Below are positions 21,101 through 27,923 of a DNA stretch of 64,000 bases, piece by piece. The position numbers and the translations under genes are program-made. This DNA is from an uncultured Desulfarculus sp. (GTDB lineage: Bacteria; Desulfobacterota; Desulfarculia; Desulfarculales; Desulfarculaceae): contig CAXXUK010000001.1 in the NCBI GenBank assembly GCA_963665125.2, forward strand, positions 832,001 to 896,000, in the 5' to 3' direction. Below the pieces are notes generated by a model. It was not told the DNA's origin and made no database searches. It saw only the letters and a list, made by a program, of their open reading frames with translations. Position 1 is the first letter of the stretch. Each line of letters starts with the position of its first letter.

Positions 21101-22617
21101 AAAACAATATGAAGCAGGTCATCGAGGAGCACGGCATTAACCGGGTGGTGGTGGCTTCGTGTTCGCCGCGCACCCACGAGCCGCTGTTCCAGGAGACGAT
21201 CCGCGAGGCGGGCCTGAACAAATATCTCTTTGAAATGGCAAATATCCGCGACCAGGATTCCTGGGTCCACCAGTCCGAGCCGGACAAGGCCACGGACAAG
21301 GCCAAGGACCTGGTGCGCATGGCCGTGGCCAAGGCCGCGCTCATCGAACCGCTGCACCAGGTCGATCTGCCCCTGAACAAGACGGCCCTGGTGGTGGGCG
21401 GCGGCGTGGCCGGGATGACCGCGGCCCTGAGCCTGGCCGAGGCCGGCTATCCGGTGCATCTGGTGGAAAAAACTTCGTCCTTGGGCGGCAACGCCAATCT
21501 GCTGCTGAGCACCTGGAAGGGCGAGATGATCAAGCCCTATCTGGAAGACCTCGTGGCCAAGCTCAGCAACAGCCCGGACATCACCCTGCACCTGGAAAGC
21601 GAAGTCGTCGCTGCCAAGGGCTTTGTGGGCAACTTCACGGCCACCATCAGGGACTCCAAACAACAACTGACGCCCATTGACTTCGGAGTGGCAATCCTGG
21701 CCACCGGCGGCCGGGAATCCCGGCCAACGGAATACCTTTATGGTGATAGTCCCAACGTGATTACGTCGCTGGAGCTTGACGCCTCCCTCAAGGGCGACCC
21801 GGAGCTGCCCAAAAAGCTCGGGGCCGTGGCCTTTATACAGTGCGTGGGTTCACGGGAGCCCCAGCGGCCCTATTGCAGCCGCCTGTGCTGCACCCATAGC
21901 GTGGAAAGCGCCATCCGCATCAAGGAGGCCAACCCCGAGGCCTTGGTCTATGTGTTTTACCGCGAGATCCGCACCTATGGCGTGCGCGAGGATCTCTACC
22001 GCAAGGCCAGGGAACTTGGCGTATTGTTCATCCGCTACAGCCTGGACAACAAGCCAATGGCGCGCCAGGAGGGCGACAAGATCATCGTCAGCGCCGAGGA
22101 TCATATTCTGAGGCGGCCGGTGGAGGTGGAGGTCGACAGGCTGGTCCTGGCTTCGGCGATCGTGCCCAACGACGTGGGCCAATTGGCCGAGGCCTTCAAG
22201 GCGCCGTTGCAGGGCGAGGGTTTCTTCCTGGAGGCCCACATGAAGCTGCGGCCCGTGGACCTGGCCAGCGAGGGGCTATATATCGCCGGATTGGCCCATT
22301 ATCCCAAGCCCATTGACGAGGCCATCGCCCAAGCCGAGGCGGCTGTGGGCAGGGCCATGACCGTTTTGGCCCGAAACGTGATCAGAGTCGGCGGCGTGGT
22401 GGCCACGGTGGACGAATCCAAGTGTTCGGTGTGCCTGACCTGCGTGCGCACCTGTCCGTACAACGTGCCAAAGATAAAGGACGGCAAGGCCTATATCGAG
22501 GTGGCCTCGTGTTACGGCTGCGGGGCATGCGCCGCCGAGTGCCCCGGCAAGGCCATAACCCTGCAACATTTCACCGACGCCCAGATCCTGGCCAAGGAAA
22601 AGGCGGCCATGGGCTAG
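18199..22617 (+). CDS. hdrA: HdrA-like multidomain flavoprotein with an inserted GltD-like NAD(P)H-binding module (HdrL type)
   Basis: GAGIAG..LDKTFPTNDCAMC; insert APCRTACP/GRVCPHPCE/GAGPAG/GGGDTAMD/YRR; two HdrA cores (QCVGSRD..YCSAVCC and QCVGSRE..YCSRLCC); C-terminal ferredoxin; start at ATG 18199. Confidence 0.9.
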   Translation: MASGGQNKVGAVMVVGAGIAGVQASLDLANSGFYVYLVEQSPAIGGRMAQLDKTFPTNDCAMCIVSPKLVECGRHLNIEVITNAEVRSIDGTPGAFRVSVQQDPRYVSDDACTACGDCIKACPVEVPNEFDQGLGVRNAIYKKYAQAYPNAYCITKLDKAPCRTACPAGLNVQGYVQMAKLGRLDDCLSIIMQDLPLPGAIGRVCPHPCEEACRRLEVDEAIAIRDIKRLAADEAGVKNVPQPDVALRKEKVAIVGAGPAGLACAYHLARAGVGSTIFEAGKVPGGALAQSIPAFRLPNEILFDEISVIQNMGVEIKLNAPVGNLDELKDYDAIFLGLGAPKSTSLGLEGEDSQGVVPALEYLRRVKLGEDPPAGKKVVVIGGGDTAMDCCRTALRNGADEVVCLYRRSRVEMPASHEEVSEAEEENVRFELLAAPTKVITKGGKVTAIEYVRMELGEPDQSGRRRPVPVAGSEQVMEADLVVPAIGQATEVGFLSGSGVAVSKRGYIEVDDVTLATSRQGVFAGGDVVSGPWIAIGAIAHGREAAISMLRMFDGQDMAQDRTPVGMKPEPKLGWSDIPEDEPIKPRQRMKYRDAGERVGDWDQFAMGLSPEQGRTEGERCLNCAVCCDCLQCVAACEAKAPAHDQQPQELEISVGSVILAPGFDAYDPKGFDVYNYANHPNVVTSMEFERILSASGPYQGHLQRPGDSREPRKIAWLQCVGSRDINHCDNGYCSAVCCMYAIKEAVIAKEHSHEDLDTAIFFMDMRTPGKDFDKYFERARDEHGVRFIRSRVHTVDPAPDGRLGIEYVDDNGEPVNEYFDMVVLSVGLQTSPSAIELAQRLGVDLTPYRFSDTSSFLPVGTSQPGIYACGCFSGPKDIPQAVMEASAAARSSVKGMAAVRGTMTRELEYPVEHDVSGAAPRVGVFVCNCGINIGGVVDVPAVREYAAKLPHVVYVEENLFTCSQDTQNNMKQVIEEHGINRVVVASCSPRTHEPLFQETIREAGLNKYLFEMANIRDQDSWVHQSEPDKATDKAKDLVRMAVAKAALIEPLHQVDLPLNKTALVVGGGVAGMTAALSLAEAGYPVHLVEKTSSLGGNANLLLSTWKGEMIKPYLEDLVAKLSNSPDITLHLESEVVAAKGFVGNFTATIRDSKQQLTPIDFGVAILATGGRESRPTEYLYGDSPNVITSLELDASLKGDPELPKKLGAVAFIQCVGSREPQRPYCSRLCCTHSVESAIRIKEANPEALVYVFYREIRTYGVREDLYRKARELGVLFIRYSLDNKPMARQEGDKIIVSAEDHILRRPVEVEVDRLVLASAIVPNDVGQLAEAFKAPLQGEGFFLEAHMKLRPVDLASEGLYIAGLAHYPKPIDEAIAQAEAAVGRAMTVLARNVIRVGGVVATVDESKCSVCLTCVRTCPYNVPKIKDGKAYIEVASCYGCGACAAECPGKAITLQHFTDAQILAKEKAAMG

Positions 22618-22634
22618 GGGGAAAGGGAGCGGAT

Positions 22635-23060
22635 ATGAGCGAAGGGTTCGAGCCCAAGATCGTGGCTTTCTGCTGCCAGTACTGAGCGTATTCCGCTGCG
22701 GACCTGGCAGGTTCGATGAGATTGCAGTATCCCCCCAACGTGCGGGTGATCCAACTGCCCTGTTCGGGGAGGGTGGACATCCTGCATCTGCTGCGGGCCT
22801 TTGAGGACGGGGCCGATGGTGTGTATGTGGCCGGTTGCCTGGAGGGCGATTGCCATTTCCTAACCGGCAACCTCAAGGCCCGGCGCAAGGTTGAATACGT
22901 CAAGGGCGTGTTGAGCCAGCTCGGCCTGGAGCCCGAGCGCATCGAGATGTTCAACATGTCCTCGGCCGAAGGCCCCCGCTTCGCCGAAGTGGCCAGGGAG
23001 TTTACCGAACAGATCAGGCAAGTTGGACCCAGCCCGGTGCCGGCCGGGCAGGCGGCGTGA
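22635..23060 (+). CDS. mvhD: MvhD-like [2Fe-2S] protein, selenocysteine-containing (TGA 22683-22685)
   Basis: RBS GGGAG then ATG 22635; reads MSEGFEPKIVAFCCQY-U-AYSAADLAGSMRLQYP..PCSGRVD..GCLEGDCHF; the TGA occupies the position of a conserved MvhD Cys. Confidence 0.92.
22699..22715 (+). promoter_or_regulatory. SECIS element of mvhD
   Basis: Hairpin CGGACCU-GGC-AGGUUCG; loop G lies 21 nt after the UGA. Confidence 0.75.
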
Positions 23061-23085
23061 CCATGCGTACCGGAGGTGACTGGCG

Positions 23086-23754
23086 ATGATTATAGGCGAT
23101 TCCAAGCCCCTGGAAGAAATCCTGGAGATGATCGCGGGCCGGGAAAAGGTGCTGGTCCTGGGCTGCCGCGGCTGCGTGACGGTTTGCAATGTGGGTGGCG
23201 AAAAAGAGGTGGGCATCCTGGCCGCGGCCCTGCGAATCGCCCGCAAAAAAGACGGCCTGCCGCCATCGGTGGACGAGATGACTCTGGAGCGCCAGTGCGA
23301 CCCTGAGTACATCGAAGAACTGGCCGATGTGGCGGCCGGGTACGACGCCATTGTGTCCATAGCCTGCGGAGTGGGGCCCCAGTTCCTCAGCGAGCGCTTT
23401 CCCGAGCTTGCCGTTTTCCCGGGCATCAACACCACGTTTATCGGTGGCGCCCTGGAGCACGGCGTGTGGAGCGAACGCTGCCAGAGCTGCGGCAATTGCT
23501 TGGTGCACCACTTTGGCGGGTTGTGCCCCATAGCCCGGTGCAGCAAGAGTCTGATGAACGGCCCCTGCGGCGGATCGGCCAGCGGCAAATGCGAGATCGG
23601 CCCGGAGGTAGACTGCGTTTGGCACCTGATAGTGGAAAAAATGGAGCGCATGGGCCGGTTGGAAGAGCTTGAGCGGGTTTGGCCCATCAAGAACTGGATA
23701 ACCTCGCGGGACGGCGGACCACGGACGCGGATCAGGGAGGACCTCAAGCAATGA
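23086..23754 (+). CDS. metV: Methylene-THF reductase small subunit MetV
   Basis: GCRGCVTVC, ERQCD, ACGVG, CQSCGNC..GGLCPIARCSKSLMNGPCGG..CVW. Confidence 0.9.
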   Translation: MIIGDSKPLEEILEMIAGREKVLVLGCRGCVTVCNVGGEKEVGILAAALRIARKKDGLPPSVDEMTLERQCDPEYIEELADVAAGYDAIVSIACGVGPQFLSERFPELAVFPGINTTFIGGALEHGVWSERCQSCGNCLVHHFGGLCPIARCSKSLMNGPCGGSASGKCEIGPEVDCVWHLIVEKMERMGRLEELERVWPIKNWITSRDGGPRTRIREDLKQ

Positions 23755-24674
23755 AAGCGGGCAGCAACCTGGAAAAGGTGTTGACGGCCGGCCACTTCGC
23801 CGTGACGGGCGAGTTGGGTCCGCCCAGGGGCAATGACGCCCACGAGGTCTTGGAAAAGGCCAAGCATCTGAAGGGCGTGGTGGATTCGGTGAACATCACC
23901 GACAACCAGACATCGGTTGTCCGCATGGCTTCCTGGGCCGCCGGCAAGCTGATTCTCGACGACGGCATCGAGCCCAATTTGCAGATGGTCTGTCGGGACG
24001 CCAACCGCCTGGGGCTCATGGCCAACATCCTCGGCGCCACGGCCCTGGGTATTAAAAACGTGCTTTGCCTGTCGGGCGACCACCAGCGGTTCGGCGACCA
24101 TCCTGAGGCCAAGAACGTCTATGACCTGGACTCGATGCAGCTATTGGCCACCTTCAAGAAAATGCGGGACGAAAAGAAGTTTCTCAACGACAAGGACCTG
24201 GAGGGAGCGCCACAGATCTTCATCGGTGCGGCGGTGAACCCGTTCGCCGATCCCTTCAGTTTCCGGGTAAGCCGCCTGGCCAAGAAGATCGCCGCCGGGG
24301 CTGATTTCGTGCAGACGCAGTGCATATACAACATGGAAAAGTTTCGTGAATACATGAAAAGGGCCGTGGATCGGGGCCTGCACGAGAAATGCTATATCCT
24401 GGGCGGCGTCACGCCGATGAAGTCCGTGGGTATGGCCAAGTACATGGCCAAGTTCGTGCCGGGAATGGACGTGCCGGAAGATATCCTAACCCGGCTGCGG
24501 GGAGTGGACAAGAAAGACCAGGCCGCCGAGGGCATCAGGATATGCATCGAAACCATTGAGCAACTCAAGGAAATAGAGGGCGTGTCGGGCGTGCATGTCA
24601 TGGCCATCGAGTGGGAGCACCGCGCGCCGGAGATCGTCAAGGGCGCCGGCCTGCTGCCAAGGCCCCAGATCTGA
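23751..24674 (+). CDS. metF: Methylenetetrahydrofolate reductase
   Basis: TGELGPP, NITDNQ, CRDANR, LSGDH, KKIAAGADFVQTQ; ATG 23751 overlaps the metV stop (ATGA). Confidence 0.93.
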   Translation: MKAGSNLEKVLTAGHFAVTGELGPPRGNDAHEVLEKAKHLKGVVDSVNITDNQTSVVRMASWAAGKLILDDGIEPNLQMVCRDANRLGLMANILGATALGIKNVLCLSGDHQRFGDHPEAKNVYDLDSMQLLATFKKMRDEKKFLNDKDLEGAPQIFIGAAVNPFADPFSFRVSRLAKKIAAGADFVQTQCIYNMEKFREYMKRAVDRGLHEKCYILGGVTPMKSVGMAKYMAKFVPGMDVPEDILTRLRGVDKKDQAAEGIRICIETIEQLKEIEGVSGVHVMAIEWEHRAPEIVKGAGLLPRPQI

Positions 24675-24683
24675 CCCTGATAT

Positions 24684-24730
24684 AAAAAAAGAAAACCCCG
24701 GCCTTGCCGAAAGCGCAGGGCCGGGGTTTT
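24684..24730. terminator. Bidirectional intrinsic terminator
   Basis: AAAACCCCGGCC / GGCCGGGGTTTT stem with A- and T-runs between convergent genes. Confidence 0.8.
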
Positions 24731-24748
24731 GTATTTCAGGGTGCTGGG

Positions 24749-25249
24749 CTACTTGGCGCCGGCGTTGAGCTTGTCCACGTCGACCTCTTCGTCCCACACA
24801 CCGGCACCGACGATGTACTTGGTGCCGTTGACTTCAACCGGAACCGAGAAGGAAACCTTGCGGGCGATTTCCTTGGAGCCCGGATACGGCCAGTAGTAGG
24901 CCATCCACAGACCCTTGGGCGTGGCCGTCTCGCAGGCCTGCTTGAGGATCGGAGCCTTGGTCTTCATGTCCACGATCTTGGTGGCGTCGGCGCCCACGAA
25001 GCGCTTGTCCGGGTGACCGGCCAGGGTCAGCTTGCTGCAGTTGAGCACGAAGACGTAGGAGTCTTTCCATACAAACTCGCCCTTGGGGTCGTTGAAGGCC
25101 GGAAGACCATCTTCGCCCAGCTGGGTAAGCATCTCCGAGGCCTTGTTGACTTGCTCGTACACCTCAGTGGGCGTTGCCTTGTCCTGGGCGAATGCGCAGG
25201 TCGTCAGCGCGACCAAGATTGCCATGGCTATTGTGATTGCTTTTTTCAT
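24749..25249 (-). CDS. Exported stand-alone single Cache-domain protein
   Basis: Signal peptide; FNDPKGEFVWKDSYVFV, GLWMAYYWPYPG..RKVSF, IVGAGVW. Confidence 0.85.
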   Translation of the reverse strand: MKKAITIAMAILVALTTCAFAQDKATPTEVYEQVNKASEMLTQLGEDGLPAFNDPKGEFVWKDSYVFVLNCSKLTLAGHPDKRFVGADATKIVDMKTKAPILKQACETATPKGLWMAYYWPYPGSKEIARKVSFSVPVEVNGTKYIVGAGVWDEEVDVDKLNAGAK

Positions 25250-25342
25250 GTGTTTCTCCCTTGATAAATCAGATCAGCCAACGTTCCGCGTAACACTGTT
25301 ATGGAGATAATAGCTTCACGGCGGCGCCAAAGGCAACCGTCT

Positions 25343-25897
25343 TTATGAGCCCCAGATGACCCAAGTGAACTTTGTTTTGCGGGAAGATTTGAAATGGTAA
25401 CGGTGGAAATATCCGTATTGGATCAATTCGCCGTGCCGCCAGTCCGGCGGCATGCGCATGATGACCATGCATCTGAAGCCTTGGGCCCAGCGGATAAGTT
25501 TGTCCGCGTCCGGCTGCATCCTTGTCAGGTCATTGGTCCAGACGTTTGGCGGGTCGCCTGGGGCCGACCAGTCGGGGTCCAAAATAACGATGCGGAATTT
25601 GCCGGGGGTAGGTTTGAGAGCCGGATCGGAAAGGTCGCAGCAGATATAGTCGACATTGACATCCAGGCCCAGTTGGCGCAGATTGGCCTGGGCCTGGATG
25701 ATGCGGTCATGATTTTTATCGACAGCCACCACTTTGCGGTTGCGGGCCAGAACCCGCGTAAGGCCGCCCACGCCGCAACACAGTTCCAGAACAGGGCCGG
25801 TCGGCAGGCGGCTGGCCAGACGCCTGGCCGCCTCCTCCGGTGTGGCCATGTATAAGGCGTCTTCGTCGCCCTGGAAAGTATCCTGGCTATTTAGCAC
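25343..25897 (-). CDS. Class I SAM-dependent methyltransferase, Tgs1 (trimethylguanosine synthase)-like
   Basis: DEDALYMATPEEAA, VLELCCGVGG, VVAVD, VILDPDWSAPG. Confidence 0.7.
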   Translation of the reverse strand: MLNSQDTFQGDEDALYMATPEEAARRLASRLPTGPVLELCCGVGGLTRVLARNRKVVAVDKNHDRIIQAQANLRQLGLDVNVDYICCDLSDPALKPTPGKFRIVILDPDWSAPGDPPNVWTNDLTRMQPDADKLIRWAQGFRCMVIMRMPPDWRHGELIQYGYFHRYHFKSSRKTKFTWVIWGS

Positions 25898-26225
25898 TAT
25901 AGCGGTTGGGGTCGGCGAATACGTCGATGACCCAGCAATCGGTCAGCATCAGGGCCGAATGCTCCTCACCGTCACCGATCTCGTAGCGGTCGCCTCTTTT
26001 AAATATGTGGGTCACGCCGCCTATGGTCAGTTCCAGTTCGCCTTCCACCACGATGCCCCACTGGGCGCAGTGGCTGTGTGGCGGCACGGTGACGCCCTTG
26101 GGCAGGTAGAAAAACACCGCCTGGCCGTCCGGGCCGGTCATAAGACGGGCGTCGACGCCTTCGAAGGGCACGGCCACCTGGGGCAGGTTTCTGAGAAACT
26201 CGGCGAATACTGGTTTGTCGCTCAC
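25887..26225 (-). CDS. Cupin domain protein
   Basis: VPPHSHCAQWGIVVEGELELTIGG, GEEHSA, DVFADPNRY; GTG 26225 overlaps the upstream stop (GTGA). Confidence 0.85.
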   Translation of the reverse strand: MSDKPVFAEFLRNLPQVAVPFEGVDARLMTGPDGQAVFFYLPKGVTVPPHSHCAQWGIVVEGELELTIGGVTHIFKRGDRYEIGDGEEHSALMLTDCWVIDVFADPNRYSAK

Positions 26226-26434
26226 GACTGTGCTCCCGCTTGCCGGGCCTGCCGGCGGTGTTCCTTGGCCTGAAAATTGATGACGCATTGGGGCCGGAAT
26301 TTGCAGTAGATTTCCGGTTCCGAGCAGTGCGGATCGGTTTCCAGACATTCCTCGCAATAGCCGTGGCCGAGTTTTTGACAATTGACAACAGCGTCACGAT
26401 CCGGGTGGTTACGGCACTTTTCCTGCATTTTCAT
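26222..26434 (-). CDS. Small Cys/His-rich protein (B-box-like zinc finger)
   Basis: CRNHPDRDAVVNCQK..YCEEC..HC..YCKFRPQC; coupled to the cupin gene. Confidence 0.7.
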   Translation of the reverse strand: MKMQEKCRNHPDRDAVVNCQKLGHGYCEECLETDPHCSEPEIYCKFRPQCVINFQAKEHRRQARQAGAQS

Positions 26435-26597
26435 GATTTAATCCTTTGAGCCGGGTCTAGTAATTGTGTCATGAGAAAGATGATTCGGCAATACCTGCTT
26501 GACGAACCTTGGTTGCGGCGTTGATTATTGCAGGCCATGAAAGTTGTTTCGCGAATGGCCGGCGCATTTGAATCCTTTGGAATGGAAAATTCGGTAT

Positions 26598-27032
26598 ATG
26601 AGTAGAAGATATCCGGACAGGCCCGTTGTGGGGGTAGGGGGCATCGTGTTATCCGAGGCAGGCGTGTTGTTGATAAAACGCGGGTCAGAGCCCGGACGCG
26701 GGCTTTGGTCCATACCCGGCGGCGCGGTTGAACTGGGTGAAATCCTTCACGACGCATGTGCCCGGGAGGTTTTAGAGGAGACCGGCTTGAAAGTCGAGGT
26801 TGGACCCCTGGTGGAAGTCTTTGAACGCCGCATGTTTGATGACTCCGGGGCGGTGGAATACCACTATGTGCTGCTGGATTATCTTTGCCATTGCGAGGCC
26901 GATCCTCCCCGCAACGGTGACGACGCCGCCGATGCCAAGTGGGTTTCTTACGGCGATCTCGACGGCGTGGGTCTTACCCCCGACACCCTGCGCGTGATCC
27001 ACAAGGCCATCGACATGGCCTCATGTTACTGA
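26598..27032 (+). CDS. NUDIX hydrolase
   Basis: Nudix box GGAVELGEILHDACAREVLEETGL; start at ATG 26598. Confidence 0.92.
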   Translation: MSRRYPDRPVVGVGGIVLSEAGVLLIKRGSEPGRGLWSIPGGAVELGEILHDACAREVLEETGLKVEVGPLVEVFERRMFDDSGAVEYHYVLLDYLCHCEADPPRNGDDAADAKWVSYGDLDGVGLTPDTLRVIHKAIDMASCY

Positions 27033-27059
27033 AAATCAACATCGACCGGCCTTGTTTGG

Positions 27060-27089
27060 TTGACAGACCCCCGCAACTGCTGCTAAGCT
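27060..27089 (+). promoter_or_regulatory. Probable sigma70 promoter of the qrc operon
   Basis: TTGACA, 18-nt spacer, extended -10 TGcTAAGCT. Confidence 0.55.
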
Positions 27090-27266
27090 GCGCCAGCTTT
27101 CACGAAGTCAGGGAAAAGGTCTCCGCGGCGCTTGGAGACGGTCTTCGTGGGAAGCGTGAGGCACATCATAGGGTGACTGCCGCGGGCGGAAATTACGCCC
27201 AGACGGCGGCATTTGTTGCTTCCGTTGGAAGCATCACCTGAATCAGCAAACAGAGGCGTTGTTTCT

Positions 27267-27893
27267 ATGTCTAAGCAGGAGCAAGGACAGAAGAAGTCCC
27301 CCCCGGATTGGCTGCTGTTCGTGCTGGGTTTCGTGTTGGCATCAGCTTTTGGTTTCTGGCTGACGCCGACGATTCTCTACGCCGAAAAAACGCAGCCCAT
27401 TGATTTCTCGCACAAGGTGCATATCGAGTCTGCGGGAAGCAGTTGCGAAGACTGCCACTCCTTCCGCGATGACGGTTCCTTTACCGGGATTCCGTCGCTG
27501 GAAAAATGCATCGAGTGTCATGAAGATCCCATGGGTGAGGACATCGAAAACCCCAGGCACAAAGAAGCCGAGGCCAAGCTGGTGGAGTATGTTACCGCGG
27601 GTAAGCCCATTGAATGGTACGTGTACTCCAAGCAGCAGGACTGCGTTTTCTTCTCGCACATTGCGCATGTGGAGAAAAAAGGCTTGGAATGTGCCACATG
27701 CCATGGAAATCATGGTGAAACCGACAACCTCCGTCCCTACGTTTACAACCGCCTGACCGGTCTGAGCCGCGATATCTGGGGCTACAGCCAGTTGGGACTG
27801 GGCGGGCCTCCTGAGCGCATGAAGATGGACGATTGCGCGGCCTGCCACCGTGAAAACAACGTACACGATGCGTGCTTTGTTTGTCACAAGTAG
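27267..27893 (+). CDS. qrcA: Quinone reductase complex multiheme cytochrome c subunit
   Basis: N-terminal TM anchor; five CxxCH (CEDCH, CIECH, CATCH, CAACH, CFVCH); QPIDFSH; start at ATG 27267. Confidence 0.9.
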   Translation: MSKQEQGQKKSPPDWLLFVLGFVLASAFGFWLTPTILYAEKTQPIDFSHKVHIESAGSSCEDCHSFRDDGSFTGIPSLEKCIECHEDPMGEDIENPRHKEAEAKLVEYVTAGKPIEWYVYSKQQDCVFFSHIAHVEKKGLECATCHGNHGETDNLRPYVYNRLTGLSRDIWGYSQLGLGGPPERMKMDDCAACHRENNVHDACFVCHK

Positions 27894-27923
27894 GCGGTTC
27901 AAGGATCTTGGGAGATAGCTCCA

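Noticed and set aside
27088..27105. Rex site at the qrc promoter
   Set aside because: Only the right half (TTCACGA) matches
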